This document shows, one piece after another, positions 7,930 to 17,381 of a DNA stretch of 64,000 nucleotides (the stretch's first letter is position 1; every line of letters begins with the position of its first letter). The position numbers and the translations under genes are program-made. The DNA comes from Bacteroidota bacterium (lineage in GTDB: Bacteria > Bacteroidota > Bacteroidia > Chitinophagales > UBA10324). Below the pieces are notes generated by a model, which was given only the letters and a program-made list of their open reading frames with translations, was not told the DNA's origin and searched no databases. The DNA is taken from contig BJGQ01000001.1 in assembly GCA_014190575.1 (NCBI GenBank), positions 123,664 through 187,663 on the forward strand. Reading direction: 5' to 3'.

Positions 7930-8727
7930 CTAACGGCCAGTTAATAAATTTTTAAGTGATAAATCTGATTCATGAACGGCAATAAAATTAGGGCCTATAA
8001 AATCTTCGTGTTTGAATTTATAATTTCTGAAATCAACAGTTTTCGGATAAATTTTTCCAAGTATGTAATTGTATTTTTTAAAGAAATCGTAATAATCAAC
8101 CAGTAAATTTTTTGAGGTAATGTTGATGTAACCATATTCAAACTGTATCATTCTGATTTTATTTTCTGATAAAGCTTTTTCAAATCCCTGCATTGCATTC
8201 AATTCTGCTCCTTCAATATCCAATTTCAGAAAATCAATTTTTTCAATTTTATTTTCTTTCATGAATGAATCACCAGTCACCAATTCTATCATTTCTGTTT
8301 TTTGCACCGAATAATCAATTCCTTTTATTTCATACAACGATGAATGAGTGTGTGAATCGTATATTTTTATTTCCTTCTTCACCAGTTCATTATACAATCC
8401 GGCGTTTATGGGAATTATGTTTTGATGAGCGGAAATTTTTTTCTTCAATAATTCAAAAGTGGTAACCACCGGTTCAAAGGCATAAATTTTTGCATCAGTG
8501 CAAAACTCAGCAGCCAACAAACTGTATTTTCCAACATTGGCGCCACCATCAATAATTATTTTAGGTTGAAGTGTTTCTAATTTTTTCAGAATAGTTGCTT
8601 CGCCATTGCTGTCAGAATCATAATTGCGGTTTTCGTACAATCGGTTAATGGCGCGCCCAAATCCGGCAAGGCCCTTCAGAATAACATTGTGTGTATTTCG
8701 CTTATAAAATTTTTTAAGTGTACCCAT
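7930..8727 (-). CDS. FkbM-family SAM-dependent methyltransferase
   Basis: 265 aa. 'IIIDGGANVGKYS' is the SAM-binding glycine motif and 'IDFLKLDIEGAELNA' is typical of the FkbM family. Confidence 0.8.
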   Translation of the reverse strand: MGTLKKFYKRNTHNVILKGLAGFGRAINRLYENRNYDSDSNGEATILKKLETLQPKIIIDGGANVGKYSLLAAEFCTDAKIYAFEPVVTTFELLKKKISAHQNIIPINAGLYNELVKKEIKIYDSHTHSSLYEIKGIDYSVQKTEMIELVTGDSFMKENKIEKIDFLKLDIEGAELNAMQGFEKALSENKIRMIQFEYGYINITSKNLLVDYYDFFKKYNYILGKIYPKTVDFRNYKFKHEDFIGPNFIAVHESDLSLKNLLTGR

Positions 8728-8757
8728 TATTTGATTTTAAAAAACAGTTTATTCAAT

Positions 8758-11334
8758 TTATGATTTCACAAATCGGATTAACTGTTTTCCTGAATTTGAT
8801 TCCGCTTCCATAAAATAAATTCCGGCAGTAAATTTTTTAACATCAAGTTTTATATCGGAAGAAATGTTTTTTTCTAAAACAAGAATTCCTTTTTCATCCG
8901 AAATTTTTATTTGAATTTTTTCTTTCCGTTCAATCATCGAAACGAAAATAAAATCGTGCGCAGGGTTAGGTGATACAGAAATCAGTTGAATAACATTTTT
9001 TATGGTTGCCACTGTTGAAGTATGCAAAACAATTTCAACTGAATGATTCCCGTTTGTAAGTGCTATATCTTTTTCAAGTACTCCACTGCTGTCAGATGAT
9101 GCAATCGCGGTTTGAATATTATCAATTAACAAATCAAACTGAGTGAGTGGTTTTAAATCGGCAGCCACAATTTTCAAAACTCTGCCTCCCGGAATATTTT
9201 CAGCAATGTGATGTACAACTCCGGTATCACCATTTGCATTGAAATAAAACAATTCGGTATTCCAGTCAACTGCAATACTGATGTTATTCTGATGAAGAAT
9301 TCCGCCGGGTGCTGATGCAATTGCTGTATCGCCAATGCTGATAGTGTGAAGAAAAATCAGTGAGTCGGTAACTGTTGTTGGCGAAACTTCTATCCTCCAT
9401 TTTCCGGGAGTAGTGTGAATACTATCCATCACTGAAGTACAGGTATAATTTACTCCATCAACAAAAAATTCATAACCGCTTCCGCCTATTCTTGTGGTTG
9501 TTGTGTTAAGTGGAAGCAATGTTCTGATGGAAACATTTCCTGCACCGTTTGTTTGTGAAATATCTTTTCCGTCAAACGATTCAATGTGATTTGGAACTGT
9601 GGTGACTACTAAATTTCCACTGATGCTTGGTTCATTCTGAAAATGTAAAATCCATTTAGCATCGCGCTGATGTGTTGCCACATTATTCAGGTGAACAAAG
9701 TCGAGCACAATTACTTTATCAGGTTTATAAAAAAATAATCGTCGAGTGAACTGATCCAGTTTTGTTGAATCATAACTCTGCGCTGCATCAGAAATATTGT
9801 AACAATAATCAGTTCCGCTTCCCCACAAAATCCACTTGCCTTTTTGAAACTGTGGTTCCGAAATATTGGTGAAGTTCATTAATGTCGGTGATTCATTTTG
9901 CCCGCCATCGTTGCTCACATTTACTCCCCAGTTCATGTATTGTTCACTTGAATCATACACGCAAATGCTGTTGTTGGCAATGGTGCGCATGTAATAATTT
10001 ATATAATGACTGTTTCCATACGAATCATAATATCCGGAATTAATTATTTGCGGCGCGTTTTTATAAATGCAAAACGAATTGTTATTGCGGTGGTCGTGCG
10101 CTGATTTTTTATTGGGCGCATCATAATTCCAAACCAATGTTGCGCTGCTGTCCCAACTTGTTCTGCTCACACTCAATCCTGTTTTATCGCTGAACCAATC
10201 GTGCGCAAGATCGGGCTTGGTAACAGCGGACATATTAAAATCTTTGTACATCAGCTTCTGATAAATGGGCCATGTCCAGGTTATGTTTTGCGGCAATGAA
10301 TAATACTGCGCCAACCACTGACTTCGAACATCATTAAAATATCTTGCATGTAAGTAAGTAACTCTGTCGCCCTGCAAATTTGAAAAACCATCGCCCCAGT
10401 TTATGGTCCATCCATCGGGCTGAATAAAATACCAGTACTGATTAATAGAATTTTTTACCCACGATAATTCATTATAAAAATCATTGCCGGTTGCAATGCG
10501 CATGTTTTCAAACAACTGAAACTGATCAACCAAACTCCACATTGCATAAGCGGCAGTCCAGTTCCAACCACCATCATCATCACGATAATAACTGTAACAT
10601 GGATTGAAACCATTCATCCATTTATCATAAGTAATTTCATACCACTGCTGCACTGTATCTTGTTGCAAAGCAGTTAATCCATCAGCATGCGCAAGCACGA
10701 GTGCATATTGATTTGCATAAAAAGTATTCCATGCATTGTGACTGCTTACATAACTGTTTCCTGACGAAGAAGTGATATAAGTATTCATGAAGTATCGTGC
10801 AACTTTGTAATAATTCTGCGCCAGGTGTTGCCGCATTATTTGCGGAATATCATTGTAACACCAATCGAGCAGCAGACCTCCTGCATCACCGAAATCGCGT
10901 ATGTAATCTTCGTTGGTGTACCAACTGTAATTTGCAAAATCAAGTGTATCGAAACGATTATTTAATTGCGTTATTAAAAAACGACAACGCATCAACTCTG
11001 ATAAATCGCCATTGATTTTAAAAAGTGATGGAACAAATTTTATCTGGTACGGCTCCCAGTTTGAATTGAAATCCCAGGTCCATAAAGTTGAATCGCTGCC
11101 GAGCAAGTACAGTTGCGGATCGTTGTACCAATTACCATAAACCGCATTGTGAAATGAATTGTAAGTGGTTTGACAATCACCCGAAGTAATGTTCGCACCC
11201 AGCCACGCGAATCGTGCCGAGTCAATATAAATTCTTGGTCGCGATTGATGAATGACCGGATAGGTTTGCGCCTGTGAGAAATGAAAAACTAAAAATGAAA
11301 AATTAAGAATGAGAGCGAGCGATTTCAATTTCAT
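8758..11334 (-). CDS. T9SS type-A-CTD secreted protein, heparinase II/III-like (polysaccharide-lyase-type) N-terminal region
   Basis: The signal peptide ends 'FHFSQAQ'. 'SRPRIYIDSARFAWL' and 'SAHDHRNNNSFCIYKNAPQIINSGYYDSYG' resemble heparinase II/III or alginate-lyase-type proteins. The C-terminus 'ISVSPNPAHDFIFVSM...AGIYFMEAESNSGKQLIRFVKS' resembles a type A sorting domain. The functional call is tentative. Confidence 0.6.
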   Translation of the reverse strand: MKLKSLALILNFSFLVFHFSQAQTYPVIHQSRPRIYIDSARFAWLGANITSGDCQTTYNSFHNAVYGNWYNDPQLYLLGSDSTLWTWDFNSNWEPYQIKFVPSLFKINGDLSELMRCRFLITQLNNRFDTLDFANYSWYTNEDYIRDFGDAGGLLLDWCYNDIPQIMRQHLAQNYYKVARYFMNTYITSSSGNSYVSSHNAWNTFYANQYALVLAHADGLTALQQDTVQQWYEITYDKWMNGFNPCYSYYRDDDGGWNWTAAYAMWSLVDQFQLFENMRIATGNDFYNELSWVKNSINQYWYFIQPDGWTINWGDGFSNLQGDRVTYLHARYFNDVRSQWLAQYYSLPQNITWTWPIYQKLMYKDFNMSAVTKPDLAHDWFSDKTGLSVSRTSWDSSATLVWNYDAPNKKSAHDHRNNNSFCIYKNAPQIINSGYYDSYGNSHYINYYMRTIANNSICVYDSSEQYMNWGVNVSNDGGQNESPTLMNFTNISEPQFQKGKWILWGSGTDYCYNISDAAQSYDSTKLDQFTRRLFFYKPDKVIVLDFVHLNNVATHQRDAKWILHFQNEPSISGNLVVTTVPNHIESFDGKDISQTNGAGNVSIRTLLPLNTTTTRIGGSGYEFFVDGVNYTCTSVMDSIHTTPGKWRIEVSPTTVTDSLIFLHTISIGDTAIASAPGGILHQNNISIAVDWNTELFYFNANGDTGVVHHIAENIPGGRVLKIVAADLKPLTQFDLLIDNIQTAIASSDSSGVLEKDIALTNGNHSVEIVLHTSTVATIKNVIQLISVSPNPAHDFIFVSMIERKEKIQIKISDEKGILVLEKNISSDIKLDVKKFTAGIYFMEAESNSGKQLIRFVKS

Positions 11335-11548
11335 GAAACGGATTTTGATATTTCAGCGGGCAAGTTATATAACAAGATGAGATAGAAAAATGACTAATGA
11401 ATATTGTTTCAGTTTTCTGTCCCAGCAGATTTACACGAAGTGAACCTTGCTTCAAATAAAGCAGCAGCCCTAATACATTAACCCTGCTGGCACAGAAACT
11501 TATAATTGAAATTGTTTTCCCCATTGAATTAAATTATCATTTGAAGTT

Positions 11549-11556
11549 TACATTTG
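11549..11556 (+). promoter_or_regulatory. candidate Bacteroidota -7 promoter element (TAnnTTTG) for ettA
   Basis: 'TACATTTG' lies 44 nt upstream of the ettA ATG. This is a motif match only, and the motif is expected by chance fairly often in AT-rich DNA. Confidence 0.3.
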
Positions 11557-11599
11557 CGCCTCTCAAAAAACAGAAGAAGAATTAAAAAAATAAAATCAA

Positions 11600-13276
11600 A
11601 TGGCTGATCAGAAAATAATTTTCTCCATGCTTGGTGTCGGAAAAATTTACCCCGGAAACAAGCAGGTGCTCAAAGATATTTACCTCTCGTTTTATTACGG
11701 AGCAAAAATCGGAATCGTGGGTTTAAACGGTTCGGGTAAATCAACACTCTTAAAAATCATTGCCGGTCTCGATAATAATTATGTGGGCAAAGTAGAGTTC
11801 AGTAAAGAATATTCCGTTGGCTACTTAGCGCAGGAACCGGAACTCGACAAAACAAAAACGGTAAAAGAAATTGTACAGGAAGGTGTGAAACCCGTAATGG
11901 ATTTGCTTCGCGAGTTTGAAGAAGTGAGTAACAAATTCAGCGAGCCGATGAGCGATACTGAGATGGATAAACTACTCACGCGCCAGGGAAATTTGCAGGA
12001 AAAAATTGAAGCCTGCGATGGTTGGGAAATAGATTCGAAACTGGAACGCGCAATGGATGCATTGCAATGTCCCGATGGAGATTCGTCAGTTGAGAATCTT
12101 AGTGGAGGTGAAAGAAGGCGAGTTGCTTTGTGTCGTTTGCTGTTGCAGACTCCTGATATTTTATTGTTGGATGAACCGACGAATCACCTGGATGCTGAAT
12201 CGGTTTTATGGTTGGAGCAACATTTACATGATTATAAAGGAACTGTGATTTGCATTACGCACGATCGTTATTTCTTGGATAATGTTGCCGGTTGGATTTT
12301 AGAATTGGATCGTGGCGAAGGAATTCCATGGAAAGGAAATTATACTTTATGGTTGGAGCAGAAAGCTGCGCGATTGGCAATGGAAGAAAAGGTAGAGAGC
12401 AAGCGCCGAAAAAATTTATTGCGTGAGTTAGAGTGGGTGAGAATGGGTGCAAAAGGGCGACAGGCAAAATCGAAATCGCGATTACAGAACTACGATAAAA
12501 TGGCGGGCGAAGAAGTTCGTGAGAAGGAAGCGAAGTTGGAATTTTATATTCCGCCCGGCCCGAGATTAGGTGCCAATGTGATTGAGTTTGACAATGTGAG
12601 CAAAAGCTTCGGTGATAAATTGTTGTATGAAAATTTATCGTTCAAGTTGCCGCAAAACGGAATTGTTGGAATCATTGGTCCGAACGGCGCAGGTAAAACC
12701 ACTTTGTTCCGCATGATTTTGGGAAGTGAAAAACCAGACACCGGAACTATTGCTATCGGTGAAACTGTAAAGCTTTCTTATGTTGATCAGCAACACGCTG
12801 ATATTGATCCGAACAAAACTGTTTGGCAGCAAGTGAGTGGCGGCAACGAATACATTGAGTTCGGAAAAACTAAACTGAACTCGCGCGCTTATGTGGGCAA
12901 GTTCAACTTCAACGGACAGGATCAGGAAAAGAAAATTGAAGTGCTGAGTGGTGGAGAGCGCAATCGTTTGCACCTTGCATTATCACTGCGCCAAGAGGCG
13001 AATGTGTTGTTGCTGGATGAACCGAATAATGATCTGGATATAAATACCATGCGCGCACTGGAAGAAGCGTTGGATGATTTTGCAGGTTGCGCCGTAATTA
13101 TTTCGCACGACCGTTGGTTTTTAGATCGCGTGGCTACACACATTTTATCTTTTGAAGGTGATTCAAAGGTTGTATTCTTCGAAGGAAGTTTTTCTGATTA
13201 CGAAGAACACAAGCACAAGAAGTTAGGCGATGCTCCTCCGAAAAGATTCCGTTATAAAAAATTAGTGGCGGGATAA
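11600..13276 (+). CDS. ettA: energy-dependent translational throttle protein EttA (ABC-F ATPase)
   Basis: 558 aa with two ABC cassettes (Walker A 'GLNGSGKST' and 'GPNGAGKTT'; signatures 'LSGGERRR' and 'LSGGERNR'). The N-terminus 'IIFSMLGVGKIYPGNKQVLKDIYLSFYYGAKIGIVGLNGSGKSTLLKIIAG' is collinear with E. coli EttA/YjjK. Confidence 0.95.
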   Translation: MADQKIIFSMLGVGKIYPGNKQVLKDIYLSFYYGAKIGIVGLNGSGKSTLLKIIAGLDNNYVGKVEFSKEYSVGYLAQEPELDKTKTVKEIVQEGVKPVMDLLREFEEVSNKFSEPMSDTEMDKLLTRQGNLQEKIEACDGWEIDSKLERAMDALQCPDGDSSVENLSGGERRRVALCRLLLQTPDILLLDEPTNHLDAESVLWLEQHLHDYKGTVICITHDRYFLDNVAGWILELDRGEGIPWKGNYTLWLEQKAARLAMEEKVESKRRKNLLRELEWVRMGAKGRQAKSKSRLQNYDKMAGEEVREKEAKLEFYIPPGPRLGANVIEFDNVSKSFGDKLLYENLSFKLPQNGIVGIIGPNGAGKTTLFRMILGSEKPDTGTIAIGETVKLSYVDQQHADIDPNKTVWQQVSGGNEYIEFGKTKLNSRAYVGKFNFNGQDQEKKIEVLSGGERNRLHLALSLRQEANVLLLDEPNNDLDINTMRALEEALDDFAGCAVIISHDRWFLDRVATHILSFEGDSKVVFFEGSFSDYEEHKHKKLGDAPPKRFRYKKLVAG

Positions 13277-13299
13277 TTTTTAAAAAAAATTTATTTCAT

Positions 13300-13331
13300 A
13301 AGCTGACTGAAGAAATTCAGTCGGCTTTTTT
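13300..13331. terminator. rho-independent terminator shared by convergent ettA and the response-regulator gene
   Basis: A 12-bp stem pairs 'aagctgactgaa' with 'ttcagtcggctt' (one G-U pair) around a GAAA loop. It is followed by a T6 run. Confidence 0.7.
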
Positions 13332-13758
13332 ATGCTTCAAAAAGAAAATATGTTTTCTCTTTATCATGCAGTGATTTTAATTTATCAGGAGTTAACGGCT
13401 TCGAAATAAAATTTGAAATCATGTTATATGAAATTGATTTTTGAATATCCACAATATCAATAGAGGAAGAAAGCATTATCACTTTACATCTATTAAAATG
13501 CATTTCTGGAATTGAAAGCAATTCATCCAGAAATTTCCATCCATTCATTTCGGGCATATTGATATCTAAAAATATCAGATCCGGAAAATTATTTTCACTC
13601 GATGAAAATAAAATCGTTCTGAGCATATCCAAAGCATTAATTGCATTTGTAAATTTCTGAACCGAATCAGCAATGTTATGTTTCAGAATGATTTTTTCAT
13701 TCAGCAAATTGGTTATCTCATCATCATCAATTAACAAAACGGTTTTATAGATGCTCAT
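13330..13758 (-). CDS. single-domain response regulator (receiver only)
   Basis: 'VLLIDDDEI...', 'DLIFLDINMPEMNGWKFL' and 'FISKPL' are receiver-domain hallmarks, and there is no output domain. The ATG at 13758 (MSIYKT...) is preferred over the track TTG at 13764. Confidence 0.85.
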   Translation of the reverse strand: MSIYKTVLLIDDDEITNLLNEKIILKHNIADSVQKFTNAINALDMLRTILFSSSENNFPDLIFLDINMPEMNGWKFLDELLSIPEMHFNRCKVIMLSSSIDIVDIQKSISYNMISNFISKPLTPDKLKSLHDKEKTYFLFEA

Positions 13759-13793
13759 AAACAAAGGGGCTTTTTATTTTTGAGAAATAATAA

Positions 13794-14558
13794 TTAATAC
13801 TTCGGGAAATAAATTTTGAAAGTAGTTCCTTCATTCACTTCACTTTCAATCTGAATGTTTCCGCCAAGCGATTCGGTTTCTGCTTTCACCAGGTACAAAC
13901 CGGTTCCCTTCCCTTTTACATGGTCATGAAAACGATTGTATAAACCAAAAACCCGGGTACGGTATTTTTTTAAATCAATTCCTAACCCATTATCCTGAAT
14001 CATCAAACATGAATAATTCCCTTCTTCATACGATTGAATATTTAACATCAGCTGACGATCAGGAGATCGATATTTTATAGCGTTAGAAATCAACTTCTGC
14101 ATCAGGTGCAACACATATTCATTCACTGTAAAAACACCCCTGGTATCGCTGAATTCTGAATGAATAATTGCATTACTTTCTTTAATTTCATTTTCCAATA
14201 ATGCGCAGGTTTCAATTAATTTTTTTTTCAGGTTTACATATTTTTTTATTTCCTGTTTTGAATACACCTCCAGAATTTTATTGAGGTCAAAAATTATTTC
14301 ATCCAGTTTATCTGCTTCATTCGAAACATTATCTAGCAGATTTTGTGTGGTTTCATTACCAAAAAACACTTCATCACTTTTAATGTGATTCATTATACTT
14401 TTAATTTTAACGATGGGAGAACGCAGGTAATGAGATACAATTTGTGAAAACTGCAACAGCTCATTGTTATGAATTAAATCTTTGTCGGCCATTTCTTTTG
14501 ATTTATAAATTTCAGCTTTACCGCTGCTATTTTTTTTCAACTGACCTGTAGTATTCAT
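13794..14558 (-). CDS. cytoplasmic histidine kinase (HisKA + HATPase_c only; no TM or sensor domain)
   Basis: 254 aa. The H-box is 'VSHYLRSPI', the N-box 'LISNAIKY', the G1 box 'IQDNGLGI' and the G2 box 'GKGTGLYL'. No hydrophobic segment is present. Confidence 0.85.
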   Translation of the reverse strand: MNTTGQLKKNSSGKAEIYKSKEMADKDLIHNNELLQFSQIVSHYLRSPIVKIKSIMNHIKSDEVFFGNETTQNLLDNVSNEADKLDEIIFDLNKILEVYSKQEIKKYVNLKKKLIETCALLENEIKESNAIIHSEFSDTRGVFTVNEYVLHLMQKLISNAIKYRSPDRQLMLNIQSYEEGNYSCLMIQDNGLGIDLKKYRTRVFGLYNRFHDHVKGKGTGLYLVKAETESLGGNIQIESEVNEGTTFKIYFPKY

Positions 14559-14768
14559 TACAATATCTTGGTTTGGTGTGATAAACTTAACTGAACTGCC
14601 ATCTTCAATCCAAGTAATACTCAGCAGAAACCATTCGCAAAAGCATGAACAGGCAAAATCAACTGTTCAATGAGATTTAGATATATTATTTAAATTGATC
14701 AAAAGAATGATATTCTGCAATGGGCTGAATTATCCTTTACTTTTTTTCACCAGTACTGTACAGAAATT

Positions 14769-14776
14769 TATTTTTG
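14769..14776 (+). promoter_or_regulatory. candidate -7 promoter element (TAnnTTTG) for the 14853 lipoprotein gene
   Basis: 'TATTTTTG' lies 77 nt upstream of the ATG. Motif match only. Confidence 0.25.
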
Positions 14777-14852
14777 TGAATAATTAAAAATCATTTGACA
14801 ACTGTGTTTCCCCCAACAACAATTAATTTTTCACTTCGTTAAAACGGTTGTT

Positions 14853-15560
14853 ATGAATTTAAAAAACACCTTACTCACCCTTAGCGCATTTATTTTCATT
14901 CTTTCTTCGTGCAAGAAAGATCCGATTACTTCTGCTAATGACGAAAGCCAGAAATATTTTCCGCTGCAGGTTGGTCGATATTTAATTTATACCGTCGACA
15001 GCATTCATTTCAATGATGTAACAATGACAAGTGACACCATTCACTTTCAATTGAAAGAAGAAGTTGGCTCCTCTTTTATTGATAGTACCGGAGGAACTAC
15101 TTACATACTTATTCGTTCTCGCCGTATGAACGATACTCTCAGTTGGTACGAAACTGATCAGTGGAGTGCAACTGTAAATAAAAGTCATGCTGAAAAAACA
15201 GAAGAGAATCTCCGTTTTGTAAAAATGATTTTCCCGATTGGTGATGGAATAAAATGGAACGGCAATCAATACATTGATACCTCAAACGGATTAGCAGCAT
15301 TTTCAGGATGGGAATATAAATATTCAGAATTACACATCGGAAAAATTTTAAACGGGCTTGGATTTGATTCAACAGTTACCGTAACTGAACTGGACAATGA
15401 AAATCTGATTGAAAAAGATTTTGAACAGGAAGTTTATGCAAAAAATTATGGCTTGATTTATCGCATACAACAACATATATCAAAACAAAATGTAAGTACA
15501 CCTTGGAGCAATCCTGAGAAAGGAACCATTGTAATTTATACAGTGAAAGAGGTGCACTGA
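14853..15560 (+). CDS. hypothetical lipoprotein
   Basis: 235 aa. The signal peptide has a lipobox ('FIFILSSCKKD'). I recognise no other motif. Confidence 0.6.
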   Translation: MNLKNTLLTLSAFIFILSSCKKDPITSANDESQKYFPLQVGRYLIYTVDSIHFNDVTMTSDTIHFQLKEEVGSSFIDSTGGTTYILIRSRRMNDTLSWYETDQWSATVNKSHAEKTEENLRFVKMIFPIGDGIKWNGNQYIDTSNGLAAFSGWEYKYSELHIGKILNGLGFDSTVTVTELDNENLIEKDFEQEVYAKNYGLIYRIQQHISKQNVSTPWSNPEKGTIVIYTVKEVH

Positions 15561-15630
15561 TCAGGTGTTGTTAATAATTCAATAGCAATGTCGTTTATTT
15601 GAAAGCCAATAAAATCGTACGGCTTTCGGC

Positions 15631-17310
15631 ATGAAGAAAATTATTTCGATTATCGTTTTTTCTATTTTACTTTTTACTTTTCAGTTTTCAGTTTCTCAAA
15701 CTACAGCTATTTATCGTTACCAGATTCGGTTTACTGATAAAAACAACAATCCTTTTTCCATTTCGCTACCACAAGAATATCTTTCACAAAAAGCAATTGA
15801 CCGCAGAGAGAAGCAACACCTATTAATTGATTCATTGGATTTACCTGTTACTCCAGCTTATATCGACAGTGTAAAAAATACCGGAGTAATAGTTCTCTAT
15901 TCTTCAAAATGGTTAAACTCAGTTACAATTTTTACCACTGATTCACTAGCACTTGTTCACATCAATTCATTTTCGTTTGTTAAATCAATAAAAGCTGTCG
16001 GAAAAATACTTCCTCATCAAAATAATTCCCCTCAATATTTTAATTCTTCACTAAGAACAGAATGTGGTATTGATAATTATTATGGTTTTGCTTTTGACCA
16101 GATAAAACAAGTGCATGGCCAGGCATTGCACGAAAAAGGTTTTAAAGGACAAGGAATGTTAATCGCATATCTCGATGCAGGTTTTCAACATGTTGATTTA
16201 ATTCCAGCGTTTGATTCACTTCGTAAGCGCAACGGAATTATTGCTACACACGATTTTATAACAGGTGGTGATTCTGTTTATGAAGACAACTCACATGGTG
16301 CTTACTGTCTTTCCATTGTTGCGGGTAATGAGCCGGGCTATTATGTTGGCACTGCTCCGAATGCTGATTTTGTTTTAATCAGAACTGAATATGCTTCCAC
16401 CGAATTTCCAATAGAAGAAATTAACTGGGCAGCAGGTGCTGAGTTTGCCGACAGCATTGGGGCTGATGTAATAACAAGTTCACTTGGCTATAGCACTTTT
16501 GATACTGTTTTTTCAGGAGGAAATACAATCATTTTCGATCACACATTTTTAGATATGGATGGAAAAACAAATCCATCTTCTATAGCAGCAAACATTGCAT
16601 CCACTCGCGGATTGATTGTGTGTAACAGCGCTGGAAACAGTGGAGGCGAATCATCTTGGCGCTTTATTACCGCTCCTTCCGATGCTGATAATATTTTGAC
16701 GGTTGGCGCCATTGACAGTTCAAATAATTATGCTTTGTTCAGTGGTCATGGCCCAACTTTCGATGGGAGAATAAAACCTGATGTGGTTGGTCGTGGAGTT
16801 TCAACCTGGTACATTAATACCAGTTATGGATCAGCAAGCGAAGGAAACGGAACTTCATTTTCGTGCCCGCTTATTGCAGGATTAACCGCATGTTTGTGGG
16901 AGGCGCATCCCGATAAATCAAATCTTGAAATTATGAATGCAATTAGAAGAAGCGCTTCAAAGTATTTTAGACCTGATAACAACATTGGTTACGGCATTCC
17001 GAATTTTGCATATGCTGATTTGTTATTGAGTGGATTTAATGAACAAAGTTTGTTGTCACTCGATTCAATTATTGTATATCCAACAATTTTTTCCGGCGAA
17101 ATAAAAATTAACCTGAAATTAAATGTCGCAGAAGAAATCTCTATTCAGTTGTTTGATTTATCAGGAAGGTTGGTGGATGAAGAATGTGCAAATGCTTATA
17201 TCGGTTTTAACGAACTCTCCTTTCAACCGGCAAATCTTACTGCCGGAGTTTATATGTTAAAGGTAATTGCCGGCAATAAAATTCATTATGAGAAGTTAGT
17301 TAAAATCTGA
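15631..17310 (+). CDS. S8 (subtilisin-family) serine peptidase with T9SS type-A CTD
   Basis: Catalytic triad contexts are 'IAYLDAGF' (Asp), 'NSHGAYCLSIVAG' (His) and 'GNGTSFSCPLIAGL' (Ser). A signal peptide is present. The C-terminus 'IIVYPTIFSGEIKINL...AGVYMLKVIAGNKIHYEKLVKI' resembles a type A sorting domain. Confidence 0.9.
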   Translation: MKKIISIIVFSILLFTFQFSVSQTTAIYRYQIRFTDKNNNPFSISLPQEYLSQKAIDRREKQHLLIDSLDLPVTPAYIDSVKNTGVIVLYSSKWLNSVTIFTTDSLALVHINSFSFVKSIKAVGKILPHQNNSPQYFNSSLRTECGIDNYYGFAFDQIKQVHGQALHEKGFKGQGMLIAYLDAGFQHVDLIPAFDSLRKRNGIIATHDFITGGDSVYEDNSHGAYCLSIVAGNEPGYYVGTAPNADFVLIRTEYASTEFPIEEINWAAGAEFADSIGADVITSSLGYSTFDTVFSGGNTIIFDHTFLDMDGKTNPSSIAANIASTRGLIVCNSAGNSGGESSWRFITAPSDADNILTVGAIDSSNNYALFSGHGPTFDGRIKPDVVGRGVSTWYINTSYGSASEGNGTSFSCPLIAGLTACLWEAHPDKSNLEIMNAIRRSASKYFRPDNNIGYGIPNFAYADLLLSGFNEQSLLSLDSIIVYPTIFSGEIKINLKLNVAEEISIQLFDLSGRLVDEECANAYIGFNELSFQPANLTAGVYMLKVIAGNKIHYEKLVKI

Positions 17311-17368
17311 TTTTTGATTCTGAAAATTATTTTTGAATCAGTAATTCTTTTCAACTGTCAACTTCTTT

Positions 17369-17376
17369 TATATTTG
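17369..17376 (+). promoter_or_regulatory. candidate -7 promoter element (TAnnTTTG) placing the TSS at or next to the pyrR ATG
   Basis: 'TATATTTG' ends 5 nt before the ATG at 17382, which would make the pyrR-pyrB mRNA leaderless or nearly so. Motif match only. Confidence 0.3.
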
Positions 17377-17381
17377 CACCA

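Noticed and set aside
11303-11524. 73-aa minus-strand ORF in the ettA upstream region
   Set aside because: It overlaps the 5' end of the 8758-11334 gene out of frame and spans a promoter region. No motif is present, and it is probably spurious.
12057-13143. Several 63-112-aa ORFs on both strands within ettA
   Set aside because: They are embedded in a highly conserved ABC-F coding sequence, and no independent evidence supports them.
17311-17381. Search for a PyrR-binding attenuator hairpin upstream of pyrR
   Set aside because: Only a weak 6-bp hairpin is present, more plausibly related to the end of the preceding gene. I saw no PyrR-box-like sequence. This is reported as a negative observation in the findings.
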